From assembly GCA_964252035.1 (NCBI GenBank), contig OZ176209.1: a DNA stretch of 64,000 nt; one strand, 5' to 3'. The notes beneath the pieces are model-generated. The model was not told the origin of the DNA. It did not search any database and saw only the letters and a list, made by a program, of their open reading frames with translations. Each line of letters begins with the position of its first letter. The first letter of the stretch is position 1. Made by a program: the position numbers and the translations under genes. This DNA is from Podarcis erhardii (lineage: Eukaryota). This document shows, in pieces, positions 1-13,515 of this stretch.

Positions 1-2348
1 TGAGGTAGATTTATTCTAAATGCTGGTGACTGTTGTGGCGTGTAGCATTACCTTTCATCACTTTCAGTACCTCTGTGTTAAAACAGTTCAGAATAACCTG
101 GACCCGAAGTCTCCATAAATGTGCATCTTGCATTCTCCATATGAGAAGTGAACATCAGGTACACCAATGTGGCATGCTAATATAACATGCAATTAACTTC
201 TGTCACAGAAAATATAGTGCAGCAGCATGGATTTATCTGGAAACTAACCTTGGATTACCCTGCACTTAAATCCTTAATCATAATATCTCCCAAAGGGATA
301 TTTCAACAGTGGTTTCACGAAGACCCCTGCTGTTTTTCATAACAAGGAAATGCTTGCTGAGACTTCCTGTGTTGGAATAAGAATGTACTTATTCTAGGAC
401 TTGTATGCCCTCTTCTGGTCTGATACTCATAGACCTCAGACTATGTTCTTAAATCTGAGCTTTTGCTACACAGGTTTTAAAAATCCTTTCAAAAGAGAGT
501 CATGTCATTCCTCCCAGCAACAATTTATGCATCACCTCTGATTAATCGTGCTTTGTTGTGGAAGACCCTTAGCTCAACTCTAACTAACATAAAAAGAAAT
601 AAATCAATTTTGTCAAACTATTCATTGCGTCTAGCTGTTACTACCAACCTCTTGGTGTTCCCTCGCTCACAAATGTTGACTAACGTTAATGATGTATGTG
701 CTTCTTAATAATGTACAAGTAATCTTACAAAGCGACGCTTAATCAGTTTTCATGGAGCTCATACATGATTTGAACCCGAAGAAAACCCAGCGCAAAGAGA
801 ACTAGAGGGAATCAGGGCAGGCTGCCTTTTTAGAACTAAAAAAATGTCCGGGGTAGAGAAGGATGATGTGACGCCATCTGTAGAAACCTAGGATGCTTCC
901 AGACTACCACTGTTTTCAGGTGGGATTCAATTATATACCAGCAAATTCAGGTTAAACAGTTATAGATGATTGGGAGATCCTTGATAATACACCCATGTCC
1001 CCAAAATATTGGTATTTGGGGTGATAAGAAATGTGGCAAGAAAATGCAGTGGAAAGTGTGTGATGGTGCTTGATGCAACATCATATGCAACATCATATAA
1101 TCTTCCTGGAAGCAAATCGGGATGGATGCTCATTAAATAGCCAGTGGCATCTAATCTCCCTGCAAACAGGTCAGAATGAATGCTCAAGAAAGAGGTTATC
1201 TGGAAGCACCGTCAGCAACAGGATATTGCTCAAGTGTTGAATGAGTTACCGCTGGATAAGGAAAAGATTGTCATCCGAAGAGTCTTACACAAGGGCGGGG
1301 GAATGACAATAATAATCCCACATTTGTTGGTATTGTTTAATCTTACAAGAATAAGCTGGAAAAGCTAAATAGATACTTTGTGTGATAGCTGTTCAAAGAT
1401 CAAACTATGGAGTGTCTTATATTTAGGACAATACATTTCCTAGCCTTGTGCCATGTTTGTTAGCATTACCAATTTCTCAACATCTCTTCACTTCAGACTT
1501 CAGTCTAGACACTTTACCCATTCATTTTTAAGTAAGCAGGGACCATCAGCCAGTGGTGGACCATGTCCAAAGATCCTAGTTTCAAATACTCTCAGACAGT
1601 AGGGCTGCCAAAGACCTCTGTAGCCGAGAGGAACTTGCCTTGGAGTCCTGCTGCCTGTTGAAGCAGACAGTATGATTTGGCTTAAGGCAAGCTGCACAAT
1701 AAGAATTCATGTGCAGTTCATATATTTTCTCACACTGAACATTGGATAAACCTGGGACAGGAAGATGGGAATCTGCCTTAAACTGAATTATTTGGTCCAT
1801 ATAGTACAGTATAGTTTGCACTGGCTGGCACAGGTCTCCGTGATTTCAGACTGGGGCCCTTTGTGGCTGTGGCCCGGGCCCCTGGCTTGAAAATTGGGGG
1901 AGCCTTGTCCCACCCACCCCTGCCACCCCAGATGGCATCCCTGATGCACAGTCTCCTTCTTTCCTTTCTGTAATGTATTTAAAACATTTGACTGCCTCTT
2001 CCTCTTGGCAGAAAAGGCAGAAAAGAACCAATGTGGGAATGAGAAGGCAGCACCTCCAAGGCAGGCACCAATTCTAATTTATTCTCTGTTACAAAGTGTT
2101 GGATTTTTATTTTTTACTGTGCCATTAAAGGATTGCAATTAAAATACATTAGGTGAAATAAATTAGAATTTAGTGCTTCTCAGAGACTCTCCCTTCCTCT
2201 CCAATTAGGTAACCTTTTGCTTTGGCTGGCGCCCAAGCCTTGGATTACTTAACCTGGAGCAGGTCTACCAACAAGCTCGGCAGAGAGGAGCAAAGTGATC
2301 ACAAGCTTCCTGACTTACCTTATCTTGTGGCAGTCTGTTTCTTTAAGC

Positions 2349-2570
2349 CAGGGATAGCCGACATGATGGTGTTGCGGGACTCCAACTCCCATCATGCATC
2401 ACCATTTGTCATGTTGGCTGGGCCAGATGGGAGTTGGAGTTCAATAACATCTGGAGGTCACTCCAGATTTCTTTATTTTTACTGCAGCTTCCCTTATCCT
2501 CAGCCAGCATGGCCAAGTGACTGGGGATTAGGGGAGTTGTTGTCCAAAACATTTGGAGGGGACACCAAAT
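2349..2570. mobile_element. Two adjacent partial copies of the ~137-bp hAT MITE (others near 21293-21425, 21880-21970, 30916-30985, 51245-51320, 55230-55341, 57965-58100, 59775-59885)
   Basis: Shared core actcccatc...gatgggagtt...aacatctggagg. Confidence 0.6.
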
Positions 2571-3737
2571 TGGGAATGAATGCTTAAAGCAGTGGAGTGC
2601 AGCAAGGTAAGGTAGGCAAGAAGGTATCATTTTCCATCCTTCTTTAAATATGAATGGGGCAGAGGATGGTGCTGCCCCATCACATATAGTTTGGCTCCTT
2701 AGCTGGACACTAACTTAACTGGGGTAGTTTTTTTTAATGCTTCTCACTGTTAAGCATGTGACACTTGACATATAAAATAGAGGGCTGGGTAGGAACCTTT
2801 CTCTCTTAAAGATTCATTTTCCACAAGTGAGGATATTTTATGTGGGCGAGTATTTCAGCAGCAGACTCTGTGACTTGGAATCTGAAGTGGAACAATCACT
2901 CTACTATGTGATTTTCTGGCCCCTGTAAGAGTCATACATGTTTCTGTTCTTCATGTACACTGGCTCAGCCTCATCACCAAATCTAACTGCATTCACAATG
3001 GCATGCACATTTTTGTTTTGTTTTAAATTTGATGGTTTGTACAAATCACCCATTTAATGGTTTGTATTTTGCTTAGAGCAATTATTTTATGAGGCAACTA
3101 ATAAATATACATTTAAAAGCATGCAATTCATCTAGCATTTTTGTGGTTTTCTTCCCTGATTTCCTAAACATACATTATGGTCATTTTACAGTATCCTCTT
3201 TCATTACACACTTCCAGGTGACAGAATGCTAACCATTTTCTCATCTTTCCCAGGAGCAGTCAGTTCCTTTGTATTCAACTTTTTCTATCCAGTCTTAGTT
3301 CATATCAGTAGATTTCTTTACAGAGTGTTCTCTTAGCTTTTAATTTCAAGATCACCATTTGATTTCAAAATGTTCCTAGCACATGGAGTCTAATTTAGTG
3401 TTTGCTCTGTAAGTGAAACTGAATATCTTTCTGCCTATTCCTAACAATCCCTGTGCAGGATTACTGTGTGTTAGGTGACCTTTTCTAGCTGTAAGTCTTG
3501 CTTGCTTCAAGATTCCTCTGAAGGAAAATGTAGAAGATACTGGATTTCTGGTGGCATTATATCAGGAGAAAGTATGACTAAAAGTCTGCCCTTGGCTCTG
3601 TGTGATCAGTTCCCATTGATGTCAAGTTACATATACTTCCTCCACAAAAGACTACAATTTGGCCTTTCTTTTTAACACCTGCAGATTTTCTGGGCTTCTC
3701 AGGAGCCCATGGCAATACACTTCAGTTTTATTTTATC

Positions 3738-3795
3738 GTTTCTCATAACTAGAAACCATTGTTTTGTTGTTTCTCATAGCTAGAAACCATTGTTT
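3738..3795. repeat. Tandem duplication of a 27-bp unit, period 31
   Basis: gtttctcataactagaaaccattgttt / gtttctcatagctagaaaccattgttt. Confidence 0.9.
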
Positions 3796-3836
3796 GATTA
3801 TCAGGCACCAATATGTCCTCAGGTGCTCACCTAGAC

Positions 3837-4088
3837 CATGGGTAGGCAAACTAAGGTCCAGGGGGCCGGATCCGTCCCAGTCACCTTCTAAATCTGGCCT
3901 GTGGACGGTCTGGGAATCAGCGTGTTTTTACATGAGTAGAATGTGTCCTTTTATTTGAAATTCAACTCTGGGTTATTTGCGAGGCATAGGAATTCGTTCT
4001 TTTCCCCCCTTCAAAATGTAGTCCAGCCCCCCACAAGATCTGAGGGACAGTGGACCGGCCCCCTGCTGAAAAAGTTTGCTGACCCCTG
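3837..4088. mobile_element. Non-autonomous hAT element, ~252 bp
   Basis: TIR catgggtaggcaaact / aagtttgctgacccctg. Confidence 0.75.
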
Positions 4089-5146
4089 CCCTATTCCATT
4101 GCAGTAGCACATTTAGAAAACATGGTCATAGGCCTTTCTGGACAGGTTGGGTTTCTCTACCCAGAGCAGTGGCATGTCCTTTTTGGCTTATGAACATAGG
4201 AAGCTATCCATTTGTCCCAGAATTGCCTATATCAGTGTCTCCCCACCTGTGAGTCATGACTTGCAAGTAGGCCGTGTAGCCTGTGCAGATGGGTTGCAAG
4301 CTTTATAAGTAAATTCAATATAATTATAGCTTGTAATCCCTAATTGGTATGATAAATACCTCTTAACAGCTTTTTGTTTTGTTGGCATATTATAATGTTG
4401 TGTTGACACCTATAACCAAACTTCGGAAATGCTTGAGTCTTACATTTTAATGCTTGGGGACTGCTCTTTGGTGGCAGAAAAGTCCAAAATTCATGTGACA
4501 GTAAATTGATGGGCGACCATACCAAGTAAATTTGGACTTGTGGGTTACCATACCAAAAAAGTTGGAAGCCTTTGGTCTACACTAACTGACAATGGCTGCC
4601 TAGGGCCTTAGATTCAGACAAAGGTCTTTCACATCACCCTTGAATGGAGACATCTGGAATTAAAGCATAAACCATACCATTAACTTATGATCCTGTCCAG
4701 GTAGGTTTTCTCAGTTAATGCCTTCAGGGATGTAGCCTTGAATACGTAGGCTTCACATGCTGCAGTTTCAGTACACTTATCTGAGAGTACACAGACCTTT
4801 ACAGCCTCTACAGGAAGTGTAGGATAATTCAGAAATCCTACAATTCTCTGCAGCCTTGTCATGTTTTAACCGAGTGCCACTCTAGATATTCTAGAGTCTA
4901 GATATAACCACTGTTATATGGATTAGTTGATTTTAGGAGCAGCGGGGGAACCTAATAATGTCCCAGAGCAGTTGTTTGAGATGATGACAGAGAAAGTTAG
5001 AATATCAGCAAAGGTTTGCATGCTCACATTTTCTGGAATCCATGAGCATATGCTAGTCATTCAGCTAACTCCCCAAAGTGACTCTTCTGATCTTCAAGTT
5101 ATATTTGCATTTAGTGTTTATTTTGTTGTATTGTTGTTTGTTTTAG

Positions 5147-5395
<249 letters not shown>

Positions 5396-6752
5396 TAATC
5401 ATGATGGACATCGCATACAGTTAGAAATCAGAAGGGACCATTAAATCAGAAGGACCATCTGCACTCAGCCACATGCATACATAAGGGACAGCATCCATTC
5501 ATGATCATGCCTTTATACATGAAATACACATGGTTTGGCTAGACAGAAAGGCACACCAGTTGTTCTGCAGCTGTCCTTTCCTTCGGAGGTCACCAAAGCT
5601 TGAGGATTGATGTCTTCCAGAAAACTGAAATTTTGTCATCTAGACATTGCCACCCAAAATTTAGAATTTCACACCAAAATCCAAGTTTTGAAATGTGCAA
5701 TATTTGGAATGCAGATAGCTAGGTTTTTTTCATTGTTATGAATGGTGGAGGTGGTAGAGAGAAAGAAAATGTCCTTGTCATTATACCCTAGAACCTGATG
5801 TCCTCTGATACAATTGTTAGGCAGTAAGTTCAGAATTGACAACACGTAACTTGTGGAATTCACTGACACATGCTGTGGTCGTAGCTACTAGCTTAAACTG
5901 ATTTTTAACAGAGTAATCCTGTACTCACAACATGCTGGGATCAGAGCAATGCTACCACTACACTGGAATTCGTATTGTAAGAGCATTGTGCTTTGTGTTG
6001 TTACCTTGTTGTGGATCTGAGGGCTCTCCCATACTTCCGCTTGTCCCATGCCGAAAACACAGTTTTCCACTTGACCCACACTTTCTAGGCATGGGTCTGA
6101 GCTATTTACCCCTTTCCCAAGGAAAACTCACTCTTTAGTGCTAAATTGGAGCAAATGTCAATCTGGAGAAAACCCGAGTTGCTGTTTGCTCCAATTGCAC
6201 ACTAAAGAGCAATTTTCCCCAGGGGAAAGCAGTGGGGCAAGAGGAAGTATGGCTAAGCCCTGAGATAGAACATTGGATATATAAGGAAGAAAATCTTTAA
6301 CCAGGAAGCCTAGTACTTTTCATTTAACACTCTCATTACAATCAGTGAAGGTGATGGTTATGACTGCGGTCCTATTTTGGGTCTTTGTCAATTATGACAC
6401 CACTGTGTTGTCAAACAGAACAAATTAAAGCAATTGTCCATGCTAATGTGGGCACAAGTGGGCACAGTCTTGTTAATGATGGAAAGGTGCATCAGATTTA
6501 AAGATCTGTTTACATAGCTGTGGACGTTTAAAGATAATGGTCTAAAAAGGAACCCAAATCTTCCCTAGATTGTCACTATTTTGCCTGAGGGACTTAGTTG
6601 CATACCAGCAAATTTAGGTTTGTACAGTTACAGGGGATTAAAGTACTCTGATACAAACTCACTTGTAAATATATATATATTAGAATTGATTTTTTTTATT
6701 ATTAAAAAGTGACAAGAAAATGGATGACAAAGTGTGGGATAACAATTGATAG

Positions 6753-7007
<255 letters not shown>

Positions 7008-8997
7008 TAAATATATGTATTTGTAAATAAACCTGATGAAACCTAATTTGAGTATCAGGGAGAATACAAAGCAGGAAGCATTTATAGGTTATACAACAGG
7101 AGCTTGCAGTGAAAGTTGTATTTTAGCAAGAGAGAACGCATCATAAGCTGCAGAGGTTCCCTGCGGATGGTACCTTGGAAGTTCAGAAAGGGACAAGCTT
7201 TGGGGCTGTAAATGTATAGGCTAGTAGAAAGATCTGTTGGGAACAAGAATTGGACTTCAAAGTAGGGGAGGAAAGTTTGCATAGAGGAGAGGTGGGTTAT
7301 ATATGTTATTCAGAGTTGCCAAACTGTTTTCCTGCAGCAGAAAGTACATCTGCTGAAATCCCCTCATTTACACAACTGTTTATGGTGCAGAGGACCTGTC
7401 TTCTATTCTATCTGACCAACAGTGCAGGAGCCTAGCTTCCAGTGGCTTGTCAAAATAAAAGAGTGCTGGCTGGTCTCTAAATGGAGATGTAAGCTTGAGC
7501 AGAAAGCCTCTAGGGCCATCCCAGAGGAAGCCCTGCTCCTAGGGGATAGCAATCAACCACCCAAGAGGTCTTTGGTGGCTGACCTTTCATTGTGTAGAGG
7601 GAAACGTAAGGGACTCATAGCATAAATATGTAAAATGTCATATTTCCCAGGCTGCCTTTTTGTTCCCCCTGTATAATCTCCCCCCCCCAAAAAAAAAGAA
7701 ATTGGACAGCTTCAGTAAAACATATTAGACCTAGAATGCAAATACTTTTCTTGCTGGATTTGCCAAATCTCTTGTTTCTGACAGCCTTGTATTTTAATCA
7801 TGCAGCTGGCAACTTAGGCAGGAAGGAACTGCATGCAAGGGAGTGCATGGAATGTAGGTGCATCAGCAGGCTGGTGGGGTAGGACAGTGTTCCACCCCTT
7901 CTCTGTGCCCAGCTTAGAAACCCAACAGGACTCCCAGAGAAGGGAAGCCCCCTCTGCCTTGCCCAGACTGGAAATGCAGCAGAGCGCTGCTGGAGAGGCT
8001 GAGCTCTCTTTTTCTCCTTTGCAAACCTACAGCAAGCCAGTATTTTTTTATTTTTTTGGCAGGCCAGTAACTTTTATAGGCAGTTTTACAAGGCTGTTTT
8101 AAAGCTTTCTGCCTGCCAATAAGTTTCATATGGGCAGAGCTCAAAAACATTAACAGTTTGTAGGCAATATAAACAAGTCTAAGCTACTGGGGTTTTTCCA
8201 GCCTTGCATATCAGCCTCTTCTGACGTTGCCGCTTTGCTACCACTGCCAAGTGGCTGTTCCTCTGCCTTTAAGAGACACTTGATAAAGGTATGCAGAAAT
8301 CAGCAAATGAGACTTTTCATGATTCTTAAATAAACATAACCACTTGCTGGTTGCTATGGATCACACTCTTACTAAAAGGGCAGCTGCAGGATACCTCAGG
8401 GACCACCTTAGCACTTAAACGTTCCTGTCCCGTTGCTGCAATTTTTAGGAGGGACACTATTTCTGGTTCCCCACATGCCTGAGGGCTGCTTCACTTCCAC
8501 TAGGAAGTAAGGGTTTAAGTCCAGTAGAACCTACCCTCCGGAAGTGCCTTCCTATGGTAAGCAGCAGCAACCATGTGCTTTTGACAGTTAATTGAAAACC
8601 TTTCCATTTAAGCAGGCTTCCCTTCGTATGTGACCCTGCCATTTATAACTCACTTTGGATTTTTTAAAAATGTTATATTTTAAGTATTTTTTATTATTTC
8701 TTGCATTATATACTACTTGATGTGTGCCTCTCTGGTGTTCTTTCGAAGTTTGTCCATATAAATAAATGCAGGGAGCAGCTCAAGAACTGACAACCATCAG
8801 CTTGGTACAATTTTTTTGAATTGCGTTTAGTACCCCAATCCTAGAATGCTGTCACTGTGTACTTGAGTGACATCTTTGTTATGCTGACATAATATTGTGC
8901 TGGCGTTCAAGCTGGTAGCCGCCAGCCCATGAATTTTTTTGATGGCATATTATTCTCACAATCTGTCCTGAAAAATAACAAAAATCAGTGTGTTTGA

Positions 8998-9138
<141 letters not shown>

Positions 9139-9974
9139 TAATTTGCGGGAGAGAAAAAACATAACCAGTTGGAAGCCAGATCACAAGTGAATGGTGATTA
9201 ACTATTTTATGGCCTATGTATGTAATCTGTGTTGCAGTGTGATATTGTGAAGAGCCAAATAAATATGAATTTTATACCAGTGTCACCCAGAGCTAAGGAA
9301 ATTCTCAAACCTGAAATGATGACGATCAAGCAAACTAGAAGGGCTAGTTGCACAGGACCCTGGAGTACCCCTCCCCTGACCAGTACACCTCCTTCTCAGA
9401 GATCTGTGTAGTTCCAGAAATTTCACTAAGTAGGGGGTGATTCACACAGATTCAGGCTTATCTTTACAGCTTTCATTATAGTGGTTTCCACCCTCCTTTT
9501 CTGATATTCTAGTTCCATTGCGCTTGTTGTCTCATGGCAGGAGAAATCTGCATCTGAGTTTGACATTCCTTTTATCCCTTGCTTGTGCCTGCTCTACATT
9601 CACCAGCTTGCTAGATGTTAAGGATGCATCTAGTTCTTTTCTGTATGGAATAGACAAAGGGTGCTTTTCAGACAGGGGCTTAATTTGCAAATAGGTCATT
9701 GGTAAAAGTCTGTATTTTTTATGTACCACAAAGGGTAACTCTGGATTAAGGAAAGGAAATATGGGGTGACATTTTGATGCCAGTGATATCATGTGGACAA
9801 CAAACATCTGTCTTAGAAGCACCCTTGGTCCTCACTAAGCCACAAGGATCTCCCGTCTGAGCTTGTCTTAATACCCTGCTTGTATGCACGGCAGAAGTGG
9901 GTCACAAAGATTTCCATTCAGAGACAAAAGCCCTCAGGAGCCAAAGTCTGATGTCAATAAAGGACTCCCATGTG

Positions 9975-10190
9975 ATCCATTGCTGGCTGAGGTGCTACCT
10001 TCCTGGCCATTGTCTTGCCAAAGTAGTACATGCTCTGGTTATCTTCCACCTAGACTACTGCAATGGGATCTATGTGGGGCTACCTTTGAAGGTGACTCGG
10101 AAACTACAATTAATCCAGAATGCGGCAGCTAGACTAGTTACTAGGAGTGGCTGCCGGGACCACATAACACTGGTCCTAAAGACCTTACCA
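9975..10190 (+). mobile_element. L2 LINE fragment (C-terminal to the RT domain)
   Basis: Translation VVHALVIFHLDYCNGIYVGLP...LQLIQNAAARLVT...DHITLVLKTL is the typical L2 RLDYCN/QNAAARL signature. Confidence 0.85.
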
Positions 10191-10294
10191 CTTATTTTAT
10201 CTTGTGTGCAGTAGCCCATAAATGGGGTGGGAAGAAGAAATGCAGAAACTACGCTTGCATTTTTTGTGATCTATCAATCTCTTTGTTATTTCAG

Positions 10295-10363
10295 CTCATA
10301 ATGCAGTATCTGTACTATGGAGGTGCAGAGTCACTTCTCATTAAAAACAATGAAATAATGGAG
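10295..10363 (+). CDS. BTBD11: BTBD11 coding exon (LIMQYLYYGGAESLLIKNNEIME)
   Basis: tttcag|CTC ... GAG|gtaaga; 69 nt, phase 0. Confidence 0.96.
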
Positions 10364-11950
10364 GTAAGAGGCAGCTTGCTCTACTGGTTCATTATAAATA
10401 TGCAAAGAAATAGTAAAATAAAAAAGTAGACTTCACCAATTGTGAAAGGGCTGTGATTCCACATGAAATAAATTAATGAATCAATCAATTGTCGGAAATA
10501 TGAAACTGGGAGGGAATAGAAAAAGGAGAAGTTCATTCACCAGATCAAAATTCAAAGTGTAGTTCAAAGCAGGCACAAAGCCCAGTTAGTCCTCCTGTTA
10601 TGTTGCCTGTGTATTTAGCCAGCATAAGAACAATAGTTTTCAAAGACTTGAAAACAGTAAGATAACATAGAAAACTGCCTTATACAAATCAGGCCAATAG
10701 TTCACATAGCCTAGTAGTTTCCCCTCTGCAGTGGTCGTGGTTTCATACAGGGTTTTAGTTTCCAACCCTTTCTGAAGATTCCTGAAATATGAACCCGGGG
10801 CCTTGTGGCCCTTCCCTTCTGCCTCTCATTCTGTCATTGCACACATATGCAGCCATATATTTTTGACCCACGGTGATCAAACAGGTTTTTCAAGCACTAT
10901 AAAAATCAATGCACTATTTTTTAGCAGTGACCACGTTTTCATAGGGGGCAGGGGATAAACATGAGATTGCAGAAAGGCAGTAGACCCTGTCATTTCTGGG
11001 GTCATCTTATTTTATGCATTCATTTTGAAACCTCCACGTTTTCCTCAGTGAAGTCTGACATTTGATCTGACTGGTTTTGTAGCTTGCCATTCACCGGCAA
11101 TGAGCCCTCTAGGTTTGGTCTCATCACCTCCTTTCCTCTTTGCGGTGGTCAGAGGTAAAATAGCAAGAAGAATTATCTGAATAATATGATGCAAATTTGC
11201 CTTAATTCAGCTGAGCTTCAGTTTGGGCAGCATAAAACATTTGAAAGAAAAAGAACAGGAAATGAGGTGAGGGATGAAAAAACTTAACTGCTAATTCACT
11301 CCCCTCTTGTTCCCCTCCCTCCCTCGCCCCCTCCCTTCCTCCCAGGACTCTGGTATATATTGCCACATGGCACCCATATCTCCACAGCAGTGTGAGATTT
11401 CAGGGGTTCCAGGCACTTATCCAGGGTCTGTGTTTCCGTTGGAAATGAGGCAGAGCAGAGACTGTGGTGTCTTTATGATATATGGTTTTATTTACACACA
11501 TATACAACCTTAGTCTATATGGAGGGAGTGCAGAGCTTTCACATCCTGAGGGTCTTGTCTTCTCCATAAGTACAGCATTAGATTCAAAGAACAGAAAAAA
11601 GCCATCCTCTGTGTCTCTTTGTTCCAGCCTGTCATCTCCAGCTCACATGGTGTTCCGCCCCTCCTTCTTCCTCTCACTGCTAACCCTGTTTCCTCCTACA
11701 TATGTCATCCAGACTTGAAATCCGAACCCTTCTTGTCCACCAACACATAGCTGGAGCAGGCACCCCATCCCTCCTTTGCCTGGCAGTCTTCACCTTCTGT
11801 TGGTGTCCTTGATGGGCCATCACTGGCCTTTGTCACCTGCTAATGGTCTATTTTAGTGACTATGGCAAGCTGTCCTGGTTTGTTAGCATAAATTAAATCC
11901 AGGGGGTTTCAGCATTTGGCACAGTTTAATCAAATATTGTTTAGTTCTAA

Positions 11951-12262
<312 letters not shown>

Positions 12263-12857
12263 TAAAGCATGCCCAACTGACAACTGAGCAGAGGATTTCT
12301 ACCTCCGTGTAAATAGTGACTTTGTAGCCTAGCCAGGAACATGCTCACAAGACTGTAATGGCACGTTCCCTCCTGGCATTCACCAGGAGTGGTGTTCTAG
12401 GCAGATATACTCAAGAGTCTCTCCAGGTGTCATTGAAGAACAACATGGGCGTCTTGTATGTGATATTTTCATGTGTTGCTCTTCAATTGCAGCTCCCACA
12501 ACTCCTTAAGAGTCTTCACACGACTGCCTAATTTGTCCATACACATCCCTTCTTGATTTATCTAGACAGCCATCTTTCAAATTCCTTAACTGTGTGTGAG
12601 CCTTGAGTGGGAAATCACAGCCATCGCTTTTATCATTCATGGCTTGGAGCAACAGAGCAACTGAGCTTAGGCAGGCCTAATAGAATTTCTGGTGTTTTTG
12701 TCATTGAAGGGCAAGCCTCCATTCTAAACTGCACACTTACATCCAAAGGTCCCTTCCATTTCAGCAGCAGAAATGGAAGTGTAAGTTACTGTTGAAGAAA
12801 AACAAGTCCAAATCTCTTGTCTTGCCTGCAGAACTACTTCCATGGAGGGTGGACAAA

Positions 12858-12864
<7 letters not shown>

Positions 12865-12896
<32 letters not shown>
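12865..12896. repeat. (AC)16 microsatellite
   Basis: Read directly. Confidence 0.97.
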
Positions 12897-12897
<1 letters not shown>

Positions 12898-13230
12898 ACA
12901 TTGCTAGACTATGGAACTTGGGACCATACCTTATAGTGATGGCCACCAGTTTTAATGGCTTTAAAAGGGAAACAGGCAAACTCATGGCGGAGAAAACTAT
13001 CAATGACTGCCTGTCAGGGTGGCTGTGTTACTTCCAGTATCTGGGGCAGTATGTTTCTGAATATCAGCCCTGAGTGGGAAGAGTACTGTTGCACCCATAT
13101 TCTACTTGTGGGTTTCTCATGTGCTTCTGGCTGGCCACTCTAAGAACAGAAGAATTGTTTGGTTTTCTTGGTCTGAACCAACAGGGCTCTTCTTAAGTTC
13201 TTAGGATTTCTGGCCTATAACTGTGTATAA

Positions 13231-13515
<285 letters not shown>

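Noticed and set aside
1180-1368. 62-aa ORF as an extra BTBD11 exon
   Set aside because: No similarity to the recalled upstream BTBD11 exon (GVPWTLHTWL...LKASK) and no usable splice donor; that exon appears to lie upstream of the window.
8185-8290. Possible further Penelope-type hammerhead on -
   Set aside because: Only GCAACGTC resembles GAAACGUC; there is no CUGANGA box and no stem II.
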